Positions 13,961-26,954 of a stretch of DNA of 64,000 nucleotides are shown here, piece by piece (within the stretch, counting starts at the first letter, position 1; each line of letters opens with the position of its first letter). Location of the stretch: assembly GCF_006345805.1 (NCBI RefSeq), contig NW_021831985.1, positions 186,001 to 250,000 of the forward strand, in the 5' to 3' direction. Origin of the DNA: Octopus sinensis. Its lineage: Eukaryota. A program made the position numbers and the translations under genes. The notes beneath the pieces were generated by a model that had not been told where the DNA came from, did not search any database, and saw only the letters and a program-made list of their open reading frames with translations.

Positions 13961-16900
13961 CATTAAGCCCACAGAAAATAGGTCACAGAAAGCTACTCTT
14001 CTTTGAGAAAAAAGAAAAGAAAGAGAAGTGGCAGTGGGTAACGTATTAACTACAACAACATTACTGACGTTTCAAGTTCAAACCTGCACAATAATGACAA
14101 GAGGGGAAACCACAAATAGTGATGCGCGCGCAACTACTTTTCCCGCTAATAGGGAACACAACTTTAAGTGCATTGGGGATAATGAATGACTCACCTTTGT
14201 GCGTACGTACCTATTACATATGTGCATGTAAAGGTGTCAAATTTTTGTGGTATTCTAAGGCTAAGTAAGAATCTCGATAAATTTCAATGTCTGTCTTCAG
14301 GATGGCTATACATACACACGCAGGCAGCGATGTTAATAAGTGTATGTATGTATGCATGTGTGCATAGATTTATATTTCTAATTTGCTAAGTAAAAGATAA
14401 ACATTTTGTGTATACGTGTGAGGGTGTGTAAATGTGTGTAGTGCTATAATACAATCAGAGAGACTGTGTGTATGTGTGTACAAACACACAGCTGATGTTG
14501 GACAGGCAGACCAGCCTAAGAACCGAGATAGCCAGCCAGCCAGCCAGTCAGTCAGCCTGCCAGTCAGCCAGCCTGCCAGCAGAAACATGTGCCATCATCA
14601 AGGACTCGCTTGCCTCTCTGCATCGGTATGCATTCATTTATGGCGACGACATGGACAGCCATGTTCCAAAATAGAGAGGGAGGGAGGGGGACACCCGTCA
14701 GACAGCGGGGTGGCTAGAATGCTTCATGTGAAGAGGAAATTTTCAAACAGCATAACAAAAAAAGAAAACTATATACCCATTACATGCAATATATATGCTT
14801 ATGAATATATTTATATATACATAAATATCTCCATAAATATATGCATATCTATAATTATTATACATAGATATACACACATCAATAAATATATATATACATC
14901 CATATGCACATATACTTCGAATTTGCTAAATAGATCATTCTTAAGAGAGACTAGATTCATATAAACACACCTCAGAACACGTACACGCATATATTTTACC
15001 TCTCTCTATATATATATACAAACATATTTATATAGACTTTTTTGGCAAGGATTTCAAAGGAACAATGAATAACAAAATATTATGAAAAACAAAACTTGTT
15101 TGAAGACTTAATAGGAAATTTAGGAACACGAACGCAAAAATAGTTTCATATGAAAAGACATTTTTTAATCTTAACGAGAGGTGGGGGGGTGTAGATAGAT
15201 AGATAGATAGATGAGATAGACAGACAGGCAGACATCACCTAGATTAGGTGTCTTGTCAGTCAATGTTGTTTGCAAAAGTGGAATTTTAGGAGCAAGAGGG
15301 GGCGAAATCACGAAGGCTGAGACCACATCATCCATTACAAAATGTCAGTAAATTGATTTTGACCTTCTTTTTTGATGTGTGTTAGGTGGATATCGGGGAT
15401 CATTTAGAAACTATTTTGTCTTCTCTGCAAGAAAAGCAAAGATCTTTCGAAGATGATACTTAACCCCAGATCAAGCACGATCAAACAGGCTCAGCAATTC
15501 AGCAATATCAAAGACGTTCCAGCAATGACCATTGCACTGATCTATCAAACCTTAAGAACCATTGCAGCTACCATCCCGTTTTTTAATTAGACACTATAAC
15601 AAGGAGTACATTATTTAATGTTCTTCAGTCTTTTTTTGTTTTGATGTTTGGGTTTGGGGGGGGTAGAGGAATTTCGGAAGGAAAGGGTCGAGTTGTTAGC
15701 TGCGCTCTCTAGCAGATCGAACGACACTAAAAGGCCTTCTGGTTGATCTAAATAATTTGTTTGCTGTTATTCTTGTAGCCTGTCTCCAACTATTTACAAG
15801 AGAACCTATAACTTTGCGTGAAAACACGAAAGACGCCGACGTCTTGAAATTTGTGTGTCTATGTGTACCGTCAATATTAAACATGGATATCTCACTGAAA
15901 TTGTAAAGAACAATAATCTGTTCTCATTAAGATGACGGTGCATACATGATCGTTATAGCAAAATCCCTGGAAGAATGATAGAGAAATGTTCGGACACCGG
16001 CGGGAATCGAACTCGGTTTGCAAAGGGACGTAACTGACTATGATGTCAAAAACGTGACATCAGACGCTCTACCGATTCTGCCACCCAGCCATCGACCTTG
16101 TAAAGCCAATATTCATTTCTTTTATTTGCACCAAGAGAAGAAGAAAAATAGAACTTGACATTACAAAACAAACAATAATAATTATTAAGTTAATATTTTC
16201 GAAATTTTTCGAAAACTGTTTAAATAAATCTGTTTCTTCATACACTGAAAATAGTAAATAAAACATCCTAAAATGATAAAAAGTCCTAATATTAGAATTT
16301 CTGCAAAACAAGTAACAAAATTATATATACACGCCAAATTGTACTTTTTTTTTTTAAATAACGGTTATAAAACAAGACAAAAAAAAACATTTGAATGATT
16401 GCTCTGAAATTCGAAATAATGGAAAAAATATTTATTCTAACTGCTAGCAATTTCGTTTGGGGAAAATGGCCTGTGCCATTTATAGAGACACACACAGACA
16501 GACTGATTTATATATATATATATATACCCATTCACATAGTATATATACAGATAAGCATAAAATAACATGCATTTCAGCACATCCACATAGCAGACATACA
16601 AACATACACATATATATACACACACACGTGTATGTGTGTGTTTGTAAGTATATATATGTACACATAACTATGCAATTGTTTTATCACGTCCAATGACGGA
16701 AGGTCTCACTCACTACCTGTGTGACCGTTATAAAAAACCACATTCTCTCTCAAACATTTGAATTCCAGACACGCATGCATCTTATGTACTGACTGAACAC
16801 CGAGACGTTCTTTGAGGTGTTTGCGTCTAAAATAATAATGATGATGATGATGATGATGATAACTGAACTATGGTCTACCTGCAAACACAGCTAGAAAGAT

Positions 16901-18139
16901 AAAAGAATTGAAATAAATAATTGCAAAGTAAAGCAGCAATTAGAGTTATTGAAAAGGTGTACATCATCTTATCTACTAGTCAGTCAGCATCTGTGAAGTT
17001 TCATAGGAGATGAGAGAGGGCTGAGGTATTATTTTTTTTTACTGTGTATGTAGTAGTTCACTGTGTTTTTATAAAAACATGTTTGTTTGAAAGGGGTGAA
17101 GGATGAACATGATTATGAAAAAAGATACCTCACATTATTTTATACATGTATTCATTTATACATGTACATACATATGTATGGTAGTGACACGAGACGAGAC
17201 CTACTTTTTTTTTCCCCCTCTTCATGATGTATATACAGCAAAGCCAATCTATCTATCTAACCACACACCACTCTATTCAAAAAAAAAAATCTAAACCACA
17301 CCTCAAAAAGCCATCATCGACCACCTCACCAAACCCCCGCACACACACACCGCTAACGGAGCTTATCAAACAGGCAAACCAGACAATGCCAGCATATCCA
17401 CAACTGCATATCACCACATGCGAACCCGCCCTCTCCCCGTCGAACGCAGAGGACTCAAAACTGCATTATCACTACTCACTCGGGCCAGCAAAACCAAACC
17501 ACCATCAACCATCATCACTATATATGAACCCCCCCACACACACAATCGCCATTGCAATCATCACACCACACTTACAGCATGCCCACCTTATTACATTTAA
17601 CCGCCATATACTAGCCGAAAACCCACATCGGATTCATCATTCCCATCCACAGAACATCGCCATTATTCAATGAGCACAATAACAAGCTAAGTAAGCTAGG
17701 TACTACCACATTCACCATTAATCACACCTCACTACATCCAAAATATATATATAAAATACCAAACAACTACCATTGAATGACCAGAGAGAGAAGGGAGGAG
17801 ATGACGGAGAGGGGGAAAGAATGATAGGAAGCGTGGAGGGTAGAGAAGGTAAAAAGAGAGAGAGAGGGAGATAAGAGTGAGCGACAGGGAAAGAGAAGAG
17901 TGATAAGAGAAAGGTTACAGAGAGGCGAAAGAGACATGCAGCATGTAGTGAACAGTGAGGGAGACACAAGACAGACATAACAAAAAGGGGAAAGTGAAGA
18001 GGGAGAGACAGACTATAAGAGAGAGAGAGAGAGAGAGGGCGATGGTGAGGGACAGTCTATATAAGACAGAGCAAGAAACACGGGGGTGCAAGGAAGTGTG
18101 TGTGTGTATTTATGCATGTATCTATCTATATGTATATCT

Positions 18140-18170
<31 letters not shown>

Positions 18171-18427
18171 CGAGATAGAGAAAGAATGAAAGAGACAAAT
18201 TTCAAGACGGGGTACAATATATATATATATACACACATATATAATGAGGGTTAAGAGCTGAAAAATTAAAAGAAAATTTTATAGATGAGGTTAATAACCT
18301 TTCACTCACCTACCTACCTTGCACTGCTTCAGAAAGGGAGACAGAAATTCTATAAATATATATATATATATATGTATATATGTATATATATGTGTGATTT
18401 GCTTGCAGAGAAGAAAAAAACACTCAC

Positions 18428-20851
18428 CAGAGTCCGACTTGACATTCTTCAAGCACATATCACAAAGTTGATGTAGACAAGGTAAAAGTTTGGGGGCTTG
18501 TTCTTTGAATCCTGACCCACACATGGTACATGCCATGCCAGCCGCTTGTTGTTGTTGTTGTTGTTGAGTTAGGCTCTGATTGTTGTTGTTGTTAATATTA
18601 GTGGTTATAGCACTGCTAGTAGTAGTGGTGGTGGTAGTACTAGATGTAGTAGTTGTGGTTGTGGTGGGGGTGATGGTGCTGACAGCGGCGGTGGTAGTGG
18701 CGGTGGTGGTGGTGGTCGTCGTCGTCGTGGTAGAGTTTTGATCCTGTGGTTGTTGGGATTGATGGGGGTGGTGCCTACTGGTACTTGATCCTGCACTTTC
18801 ACCCCCATCGTCCGTCGGTTTGGCCGCAAGTGTCATTGTCAACGTCGGCGACGACAATGATGATGCTGCTGGTGGTGGTGGTGGTGGTGGTGGTAGTAAT
18901 GATGATGGTGACGATGATGATGATGATGCTGATAATTGCGACGTCGCTGACGTCGCCGACAGGAGCGAACTTGTGGACGCTGTGAACGTCGACGACGACG
19001 ACGACGACAATGCCGCTTGTTTTTGTGGTTGTGGTTGTTGCTGTTGTTGTTGTGGTGGTGGTGATTGTGCCGGTGGTGTCAACGACGGCGGCGGCGACGG
19101 CGAGCCCCTTGCTGTCAGGTCAGCAACAACTACTGCGCCCGCTCCTCCCACGACGACGACGCCTGGCGTAGTCGTAGTGTCGGCCGCCAGCACAGAAGCA
19201 CTGCAACCACCTCCTGTCACGATGATGGTGGCGGCGGCGGCGGTGGTGGTGGAGGATGTCGTTGTCGCTACGGCCGCTGCCACTGCTTTTTGTTGTTGTT
19301 GTTGTTGTTTGTCCACCGTGTTTTGCTGCTGTTGTTGTTGTTGATGCTGCTGCTGCTGCAGTTGCTGTTGTTGCATATCTGTACTACTGGCAGTGGAAGA
19401 TGATGTTGTTGTTGATGATGATGACGATGACGACGACGATGATGAAGCGACGGCGGCACCCGTTGCCAGGTTCGCACCTCCTCCTTCGACTCCACCATCA
19501 CCGTCCGCCATAGAAGAAGACGAAGAACAAGAAGTAGATGAGGTACGGCTTCTAATAATAGTAGTAGTAGTAGTAATAGTAGAACTATTACTACTACTAC
19601 TAGTAGTAGTAGCAGTAGTAGTACTAGTGTTGTTGTTGTTGTTAAGGTGACTACAACTACCACCACCGTTCGAGGCGGTATTGTCCTTTGCACTACAAGT
19701 TAATCCCGCCGACTTTACTATCGCCGATCCGTCAGCGGAAACAGCAGCAGCAGCAACGGTAACGCAGGAGGAGGAGGAGGCGGAGATGTTGCGGGTAGGA
19801 GTGGCGTCGCTGTTGATAGTGCTGGTGGTGGCAGTGGTAGCGGTGTTGTCGTCGACGACGGCGGCGACAGAAGTAGAAGAAGAAGAGGAGGAGGAGGAGG
19901 CAAGGGAAGAGGCAGCCGTGTCGACAGTGATGGCGCTTATTATGCTGCTGCCGACGACGGAGGTGGCGACGCCAGAGGAGTCGGAGTGTGTGACAGTGGT
20001 GTCAGTGGTGAGCGAGGAAAGGGATGAGGAGGCAGAGTCGGTAGTGGTGGGAGCGGCGGAGGTAATACTGGCGGTGGTAGCGGCAAGAGAGGAGGAAGAG
20101 GAAGAGGAAAAGGCAGAGGAAGAAGCAGCGACTGCGTTATTTTTGTTGATGATGGTGTGGACGGGGGCAGAAGCGGAGGAGGAGGAGGAAGCGGAAGGGG
20201 AAGAGTCAGCAGTGACTGCGTTGTTGTTGATGTTGTTGACGGCGGTAAGAGAGGAAGGAGAAGGGAGAGAAGTGGGAGGGGAATGGTTAGTGGAGGAGTG
20301 AGAGTGAGAGGAAGATGCAGCGACCGCAGCGTTGTTGATGATAGCGGTGGCGGCGACGATCGCCGAAGACGAGGTGGTGGCAGGGGAAGAGGAAGTGACA
20401 GCTAGAGCGGTGTCGGCGTTGGTAGCGACGACATGAGGGGGGGAATCGGCGGAAGCGGAGGAGGAGGAGGAAGAAGAAGAGGAGAAGGTTGAGGCACGGG
20501 AAGAGGAAGTGTTATGAGTGATGGTTGTAGTAGCAGTGGTGGTGGTGTTGGCGGCGGTGGTGGTAGTGTCATCGCCGTCGATGTTGTTTATGGTGGTGGC
20601 GGTGGCGGCGGCGGTGGCAGAGGCTGCAACGGCGGTAGCACCTTGTGTTTCTTGTGGTTGTCGTGATGTCGTTACGGCAGCGGCGGCGGCGATCGACACA
20701 CGAGAGAAGTTATTTTCACTATCGGCATTGCTTTCATCACCACCACCAACAACAACACAACCACCATCGCTCACTTTTCTCGACATTGTCGTCTCATCAT
20801 AAGAAGTTCTTACACCGCCGGTCGACATACCATTATTGATGTTGTTATCAT

Positions 20852-20912
<61 letters not shown>

Positions 20913-21491
20913 GTTGTTGTTATTATCATCAGAAATAACATCATTTTCTTCTTCATCTTCCATACTACTGCGACCTCGTTGTTGTTGTTGTTGTTGGTTA
21001 TTATGAAAGTGTTTATTATTATCGGTAATGCTTACAGTCGAGATCGAACTAGTTAACAGATGATTATTGTTGCTGTCGTCGTCGTCAGTATTATTATCAA
21101 CAGAATCGGTGGTCATTGCACCAGTTTCGACACTCTCCCTACAAGCTGCTGATGATGATGTTGACATGTCATCATAACAATCTGTCGTTTTATTAGTATT
21201 ATTACTAATCATGCTGTCTCTGGAATTTACAGGTTCGCTTCTCCGTCGCTTCGGTGCCACTGGTTCATCGTCTTCGTCTTCGTCGTCATTACTTGCTGCT
21301 GCTGTTATCACCCCGGGGCCACTGTTGTTGTTATCGTTTGTTTTCGTGGCCTCTGTATTTATGATAACATTGTCATCATCATCGTTGCTGTTGTTGTTAT
21401 TACTAATGGCCTCTTTGGTGGTGGAATAACTATCTTCGGACGATAACGACGGCATAGGTTTACCACCAAGATCGCCGTCATCATGATCCAT
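18428..21491 (-). CDS. TRIM33: First coding exon (1021 codons + 1 nt) of a TIF1-family TRIM E3 ligase/transcription cofactor (TRIM24/28/33, bonus-like): very long low-complexity N-terminus plus partial C3HC4 RING
   Basis: Uninterrupted 3-kb ORF ending in [28 protein letters not shown]. The 8-residue [14 protein letters not shown] spacing matches TRIM24 ([23 protein letters not shown], from memory) rather than TRIM2/3/56. Canonical donor CTG|GTGAGT at 18428/18427. In-frame TAA just upstream of the ATG. All internal repeats are trinucleotide (frame-preserving), unlike the dinucleotide repeats in the flanks. The symbol stands for the invertebrate co-orthologue; only the RING is visible. Confidence 0.75.
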
Positions 21492-21515
21492 CTTCTTCTT
21501 GTTGGATTATAAAAT

Positions 21516-21545
21516 CTATAGAGAAAGAGAAGAATAGATTACACA
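21516..21545 (-). promoter_or_regulatory. Splice acceptor 24 nt upstream of the ATG; implies an upstream non-coding exon
   Basis: Minus strand reads tgtaatctattcttctctttctctatAG|attttataatcc...ATG: branch-like TAAT, polypyrimidine tract, AG at 21517-21516. Confidence 0.7.
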
Positions 21546-21556
21546 AGCACACACAG

Positions 21557-21590
<34 letters not shown>

Positions 21591-21653
21591 TATGGCACAC
21601 ATATATATGTATATACATATATATGGCACACATATGTATATACATATATATGG

Positions 21654-21705
<52 letters not shown>

Positions 21706-22888
21706 CCATAAATTTTCGAAAAAATTTGTTCGATTATATCGACGCCAAAAGGATGAAAAGTTAAAAGTTGACTTCGGCCAGATTCGAACCAGGAACGCAA
21801 CCATTACCCGTATATATATATATACACATATAAACACATACATGAATGCACATACCCACGTGTATATATTCACATGTATACAAACATATACATACAACAC
21901 ACACACACCTTTTTTGTTTTTTTTCTTTTCATGTATATATGTGCCTAGAAATGTTTTGTTTTTTTATATGTACATATGTTATAAGCAGGAGCGAAAAGTG
22001 TTTTGTGTGTTTAAATGTGTCAGTTGCTTATTGTTTGTTCATAAAGTGTAAGTAAAAATATATATATATGTACACGCGTGTGTGTGTATATACATTGTAC
22101 AAAGTTTATATACATGGGCGAAGTTTCGCATGTTATGCCTATACATGTATATATATTGAACTTTTTTAAATATTTTATTGTTTTTAATTTCTAAACAGAA
22201 GGCGCCGGCATCAGAAACGAAAAGGGCGTCTTTGAAAGAGATTTGCTGACCACGTCTACATCACGAGGATGTAAATGATGACAGATAATGAATAATCGTA
22301 CAAATTTCTTCTTCAAAGGCAGCGAATTTTACACAAATTACTGAAGTTGGGATTAAGTGATGTTCATGCATTATTTTTTTTCTTCTTCAAAGAAATACTC
22401 GATGCCGTTTATTGAAGTGGTGGTATTTTGGATTTTTCTCAATCAAGGAATCGAAACCAAATGGCACACATTCGCTCTCCAAGCCCCGTATTCGGTGGAA
22501 ACTTAAAACTTAACCCTAACCCTAATTTTAATAGTAAATAAAAACAAATAAGGAATGTAGGGCGAAGTGGAAATAGTTGAAAAGAAGCTAAATGCAATTT
22601 TAGATCTTTATAGCGTTGGATTAGTGTTCTGAATTACAGACTTTAATGGCTCTAAAAAGAGAGGCATAACAAAATATCACACAAAAAAATTGGAACGCAA
22701 AAGTAAAATGAAGTCACCAAACACACTTCATTCCTTATAATATATACATATATATGTGTATGTATGTATGTATAACACATGCACAATACTATGAATGAAA
22801 TGTTATAACGGATATTTTACATATACCTAAAAGTGTGTTTGCGTTTTTTAATGGAGGGTTGGAATGGCTGATAATTTACATTGCCTAC

Positions 22889-22926
<38 letters not shown>

Positions 22927-24149
22927 AATGTACATTGCCTATATATATATATATATATGTAATCTACATTGTCTATATATATATATATAGAATCTACTTT
23001 GTGTATATATATATATATATAAATGCGTGTGTTGAATTTAAGAAGAAAAAGGAAATGTATAAACTAGGAAAGCACCAGATGTACAGTAAGCAATAAGTTG
23101 CTTTGAAATGTACAAAGAGAATGCGAAGGAAATTGACAAATTACTTTATTTTTATTATACATATCTATCTATATATATATATATATATATGTATACACAC
23201 CACACACACAAATATGTGTATAATTATCAGTTTAACAGCAACGGTGGATTTGTTTTCGTGAGGATAGAATAAGTTATGGGTGTTTTTCTTTCGGGGGGGG
23301 GGGTTATTTTTAAGATGTAGACAACAAAATTAGGGGCACATGCACAAGGTCATACATACATAGACGAGGAGAGACAAGAGAAGCAAAGGCTTAAGGAGGA
23401 TAACAAAAACCGATTATCGATTTAAAGTTACAGGAAGGTTACCAAAGTACAAGAGTAACGCCAATTATGAAAGCGAGTTTCTTTAGTATCTCGGGAGAGG
23501 GGTGCTTATTCATAAATAAAAATATATATATATATACATACATAAATATTTATGTGTTGATTTTGAGATAACGTGCGTCACACAAACGGTTTGAAAATAA
23601 ATATGCTACACATAATGGAAGAGTATATACTAAAGGATATAAATAAATATTTATTACTACTGCAGTTGTTTGGTAAACTGCAAGTTAACTATAATGTAAA
23701 TCATAAACGTTTCAGCCAAGAATTTCCTGTTCCTTTTTTTATTCTATCTTCTTAAGGCATTTGTGTATTCAGAATAACATTTTACTGTGTTCTTCCCCTA
23801 TTTAAAACTTAGGTGAAGTCATTTGAGGTAAATTTGGCTGTTGTTTTCTACGCAGGTTAAGTTATAGAGAGGGTGGTGGTTCTGTTTTAATTAGTGATAG
23901 TTAGCTATTGTTTTCATTCTAGTTCCATTTGATTTACTAAAACTTATTTCATAGTATTATTTATATTACATCTTTATATATCTTTTTCCTAAAGTTTTTT
24001 TTTTTATCTGGTTCGCACTTGTCCCTCGTACTCAATTAATTAATGCAACAATAATGAAATAGGGTATGTTCATTTAACGTACGCTACATACACACACACA
24101 CATATATATATATAATATATCTATATAAAACTTTCCTGTTTTCGATGTC

Positions 24150-24800
24150 GGCAGCGTTATCAAGTGAATTGTTGTGCTGGTTAATCACAATTAGTGATAC
24201 CCATAGCACGATTATATGTCAGCATAGCTATCCGAGGAGGCAAAAAGAAACGAGGAAGGAACAAGAAAGGCGGGGTGGGCGCCAAAAGATTGTGCGTAAG
24301 TAGACCACCAAAAAAAAAATGACGTACATATATATTATTGCAATTATCTGGGGTTTTTTTTTTTTAATTAGTTACATAATTTAGAGGGAATTCATTATAC
24401 ATTACTAATTGTATGATAGTATTCTTACTGCAAGAGTATAAGCGAGGTATTAGTATCGTATTTTGCGATTTGGGGTATTATAAAAACGAATAAGCGAGAA
24501 GTGGAGTAAAACTGAAAAGGAAGCCACTTTCAAGTTGACGTATAACTCTCAACGTGGTGGGCGCGGTTAGGAAGTGTTGTTTGATCCTTAGGTCCTAATC
24601 GTAACTCTAATTAGGACTGAACAATAATAACTTCAGACAACGATCAGTTTTGAAAAACCTAAAAAAAATATATCTAACAACGTCTTAACCTAGATTTGAT
24701 CTCTTAATCATGCCTTGCTCGGTGGAGCAACTCGTTAAGTCTATGTCCACCTAATTGGAATTTTAGGTGTTTGTGCAAATGCGTCTGTTTTGTTTACAAT
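24150..24800. promoter_or_regulatory. Candidate promoter/TSS region
   Basis: CpG-containing unique sequence at the edge of the CpG-retaining domain, with GC-box-like aggcggggtgggcgcc (~24268), TGACGT (~24537), gggcgcgg and GGAAGT (~24571). Motif-level evidence only. Confidence 0.25.
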
Positions 24801-25819
24801 TATGAATAATTTTTATGCCGTTGTGAAAGACTTTAGTTTTGTGTGTGTTACCTTTCTTTCTCTCTCTCCCTCTCTTTTTTTCTTCTGTCGCACTTTGTGT
24901 CTTTCTTTCGTTCTTTCTTCTTTTCTATATTTCAAGTTATCGCTCTAATTCTCCCTCTCTCTCTTTTATCTGCCTTTCTCCCACTTCCCTTGTTTCTCTT
25001 AATTCTTTCTCTTCCTCTTTCCTTGATGCAAGAAGGAGAGGAGTTAAAGCAAGTAACCGTATTACCTCCCCTTAGCTGTTCACCTCTTCATCTTACTAAT
25101 TCCTGGATCGTCAGTCTCCCTTTGAAAATATATTCAATTCATTTATTTCCAATTTTTTTTTTGACAAACTACTTGTTTCAATTAATTGTTAAAATAATGA
25201 AAAAAATTAGCAAATTAATTTTGTCCTTATTAAACAGGTGTTTGAAACTTAAATTTTGACGGAAGGTTTTAATTTACATCAATTTAAACTGGAAATTTTA
25301 TCATGAAACCAGAAATAGTTTTAGACTTTTATATCTGAAGGGTTAAAGAAAACTAGTTTTATTTCAAATTAATTCTGTAAATAATTAATTAGTTGATCAA
25401 TAATAACCTACGAAGCCATTTTTCCGTCACTGTTATCAAACCAGAAGTTTTCTATAAAATAGTTTGAATTTTTTTTTTAAATCCAACAGATATATTTACT
25501 TTTAAGAAATTCTTAAACATATTTTGAAAAAAAGACAGACAGAAAATATAAAAATGATTTTAAATTATTGAGAATCCAGAATGTGAGTGAAAAGTATGTG
25601 ACCTGATACAAAGTTACCTTAACATTTTTTTTAATTTGCTGTCTTAAAAAATATAAAAGGAAGTAAACTTGATGATTTTGAATACAAAGAAATATATATA
25701 TGGAGTGTACAACCATGTCAAAATATGTATGTATACATTTTATATATATAAGGAGATGACAGAGGAACGAGATATGTGGCACATTGCTGTACTAAAGACC
25801 CGCACGCCATAACGAAGGT

Positions 25820-26025
25820 ATCATGTAAAAGGATTGGTATGGGTGCTTGTGCCACATAAAAAATACTCAGTGCACTTTATGGAGTGGTTAGTGTTTGGGA
25901 GGGCCTCCAGCTATAGAAACTAAGCCAAAACAGACTATGAAACCTGGTGCAGCCCCTGATCTTACCAGTTCCTGTCATGCCATCCAACCCAGGCCAGCAT
26001 GGAAAATGGACATTGAATGATGATA
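25820..26025 (+). mobile_element. RTE-type LINE 3' tail fragment
   Basis: Ends ccaacccaggccagcatggaaaatggacattgaatgatgat. Confidence 0.5.
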
Positions 26026-26099
26026 TTTATATATACCTATGCACACACACATATATCAAGAATATACCATATCTCCACACAAGCTCCAGCCCACAATAT

Positions 26100-26330
26100 C
26101 ACTCAAAATGCTGAGTCTCTGACAGTCCCCTTCTGGCAAAAGTATATTTGCAACATAGCTAAGACCACATCTCAAAGACTAGCCCTTCTTTCCAGCACCA
26201 GAAAATAATTCAGTTCCCAACATCTGTGTGAAATACATAAGGGCTCAGACGAAATTCATAATGGAATGCTGTTCCCTCACCTGGGACGTATGTTAATGCT
26301 ATGTCACCATGTCATTTAATGTGGTTGAAC
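26100..26330 (+). mobile_element. CR1/Jockey-group LINE RT C-terminal remnant
   Basis: WQKYICNIAKTTSQRLALL..RK*FSSQHL resembles W.+HI..+..KAS++LG.L.R.R++F. Confidence 0.45.
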
Positions 26331-26372
26331 AGCCACTCCCAACCAGACAGGACTCATGGTATAGATCATACT

Positions 26373-26954
26373 AAGGCAGCAAGCTGGCAGAATGGTTAGC
26401 ATGCCGGGTGAAATGCTAAGCGGTATTTCGTCTGCCGTTATGTTCTGAGTTCAAATTCCACTGAGGTCGACTTTGCCTTTCATCCTTTTAAGGTCAATAA
26501 AATAAGTACCAGTTACCTCACTGGGGTCAATGTAATCGACTTAATCCGATTGTTTGTCCCCTCTGTGTTTAGCCCCTTGTGGGTAGTAAAGAAATAGGTA
26601 TTTCGTCTGCTGTTATGTTCTGAGTTCAAATTCCGCCGAGGTCGACTTTGCCTTTCATCCTTCTAAGGTCAATAAATTAAGTACCAGTTACGCACTGGGG
26701 TCAATGTAATCGACTTAATCCAATGGTTTGTCCCCTCTGTGTTTAGCCCCTTGTAGGTAGTAAAGAAATAGGTATTTCGTCTGCTGTTACGTTCTGAGTT
26801 CAAATTCCGCCGAGGTCGACTTTGCCTTTCATCCTTTCGGGGTCGATAAATTCAGTACCAGTTACGCACTGGGGTCGATATGATCAACTTAATCCATCTG
26901 TCTGTCCTTGTTTGTCCTCTCTGTGTTTAGCCCCTTGTGGGTAATAAAGAAATA
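26373..26954 (+). mobile_element. SINE family 1 trimer (one head plus two headless units) with 15-bp TSD
   Basis: Units restart at ggtatttcgtc at 26597 and 26771; flanks ggtatagatcatact (26358) and ggtatggatcatact (26955). Confidence 0.85.

Noticed and set aside
15696-15884. Possible next exon of the TIF1-like gene
   Set aside because: No RING-completing CxxC or B-box residues and no convincing splice sites. No downstream exon was found in 1-18300.
18746-21429. Many plus-strand and alternative-frame ORFs overlapping the big exon (e.g. 19681-20301, 206 aa)
   Set aside because: Expected shadow ORFs of trinucleotide-repeat coding sequence; no domain content.
26373-26470. tRNA genes at SINE heads
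   Set aside because: A- and B-box-like motifs are present but no cloverleaf can be completed; they continue into SINE bodies.
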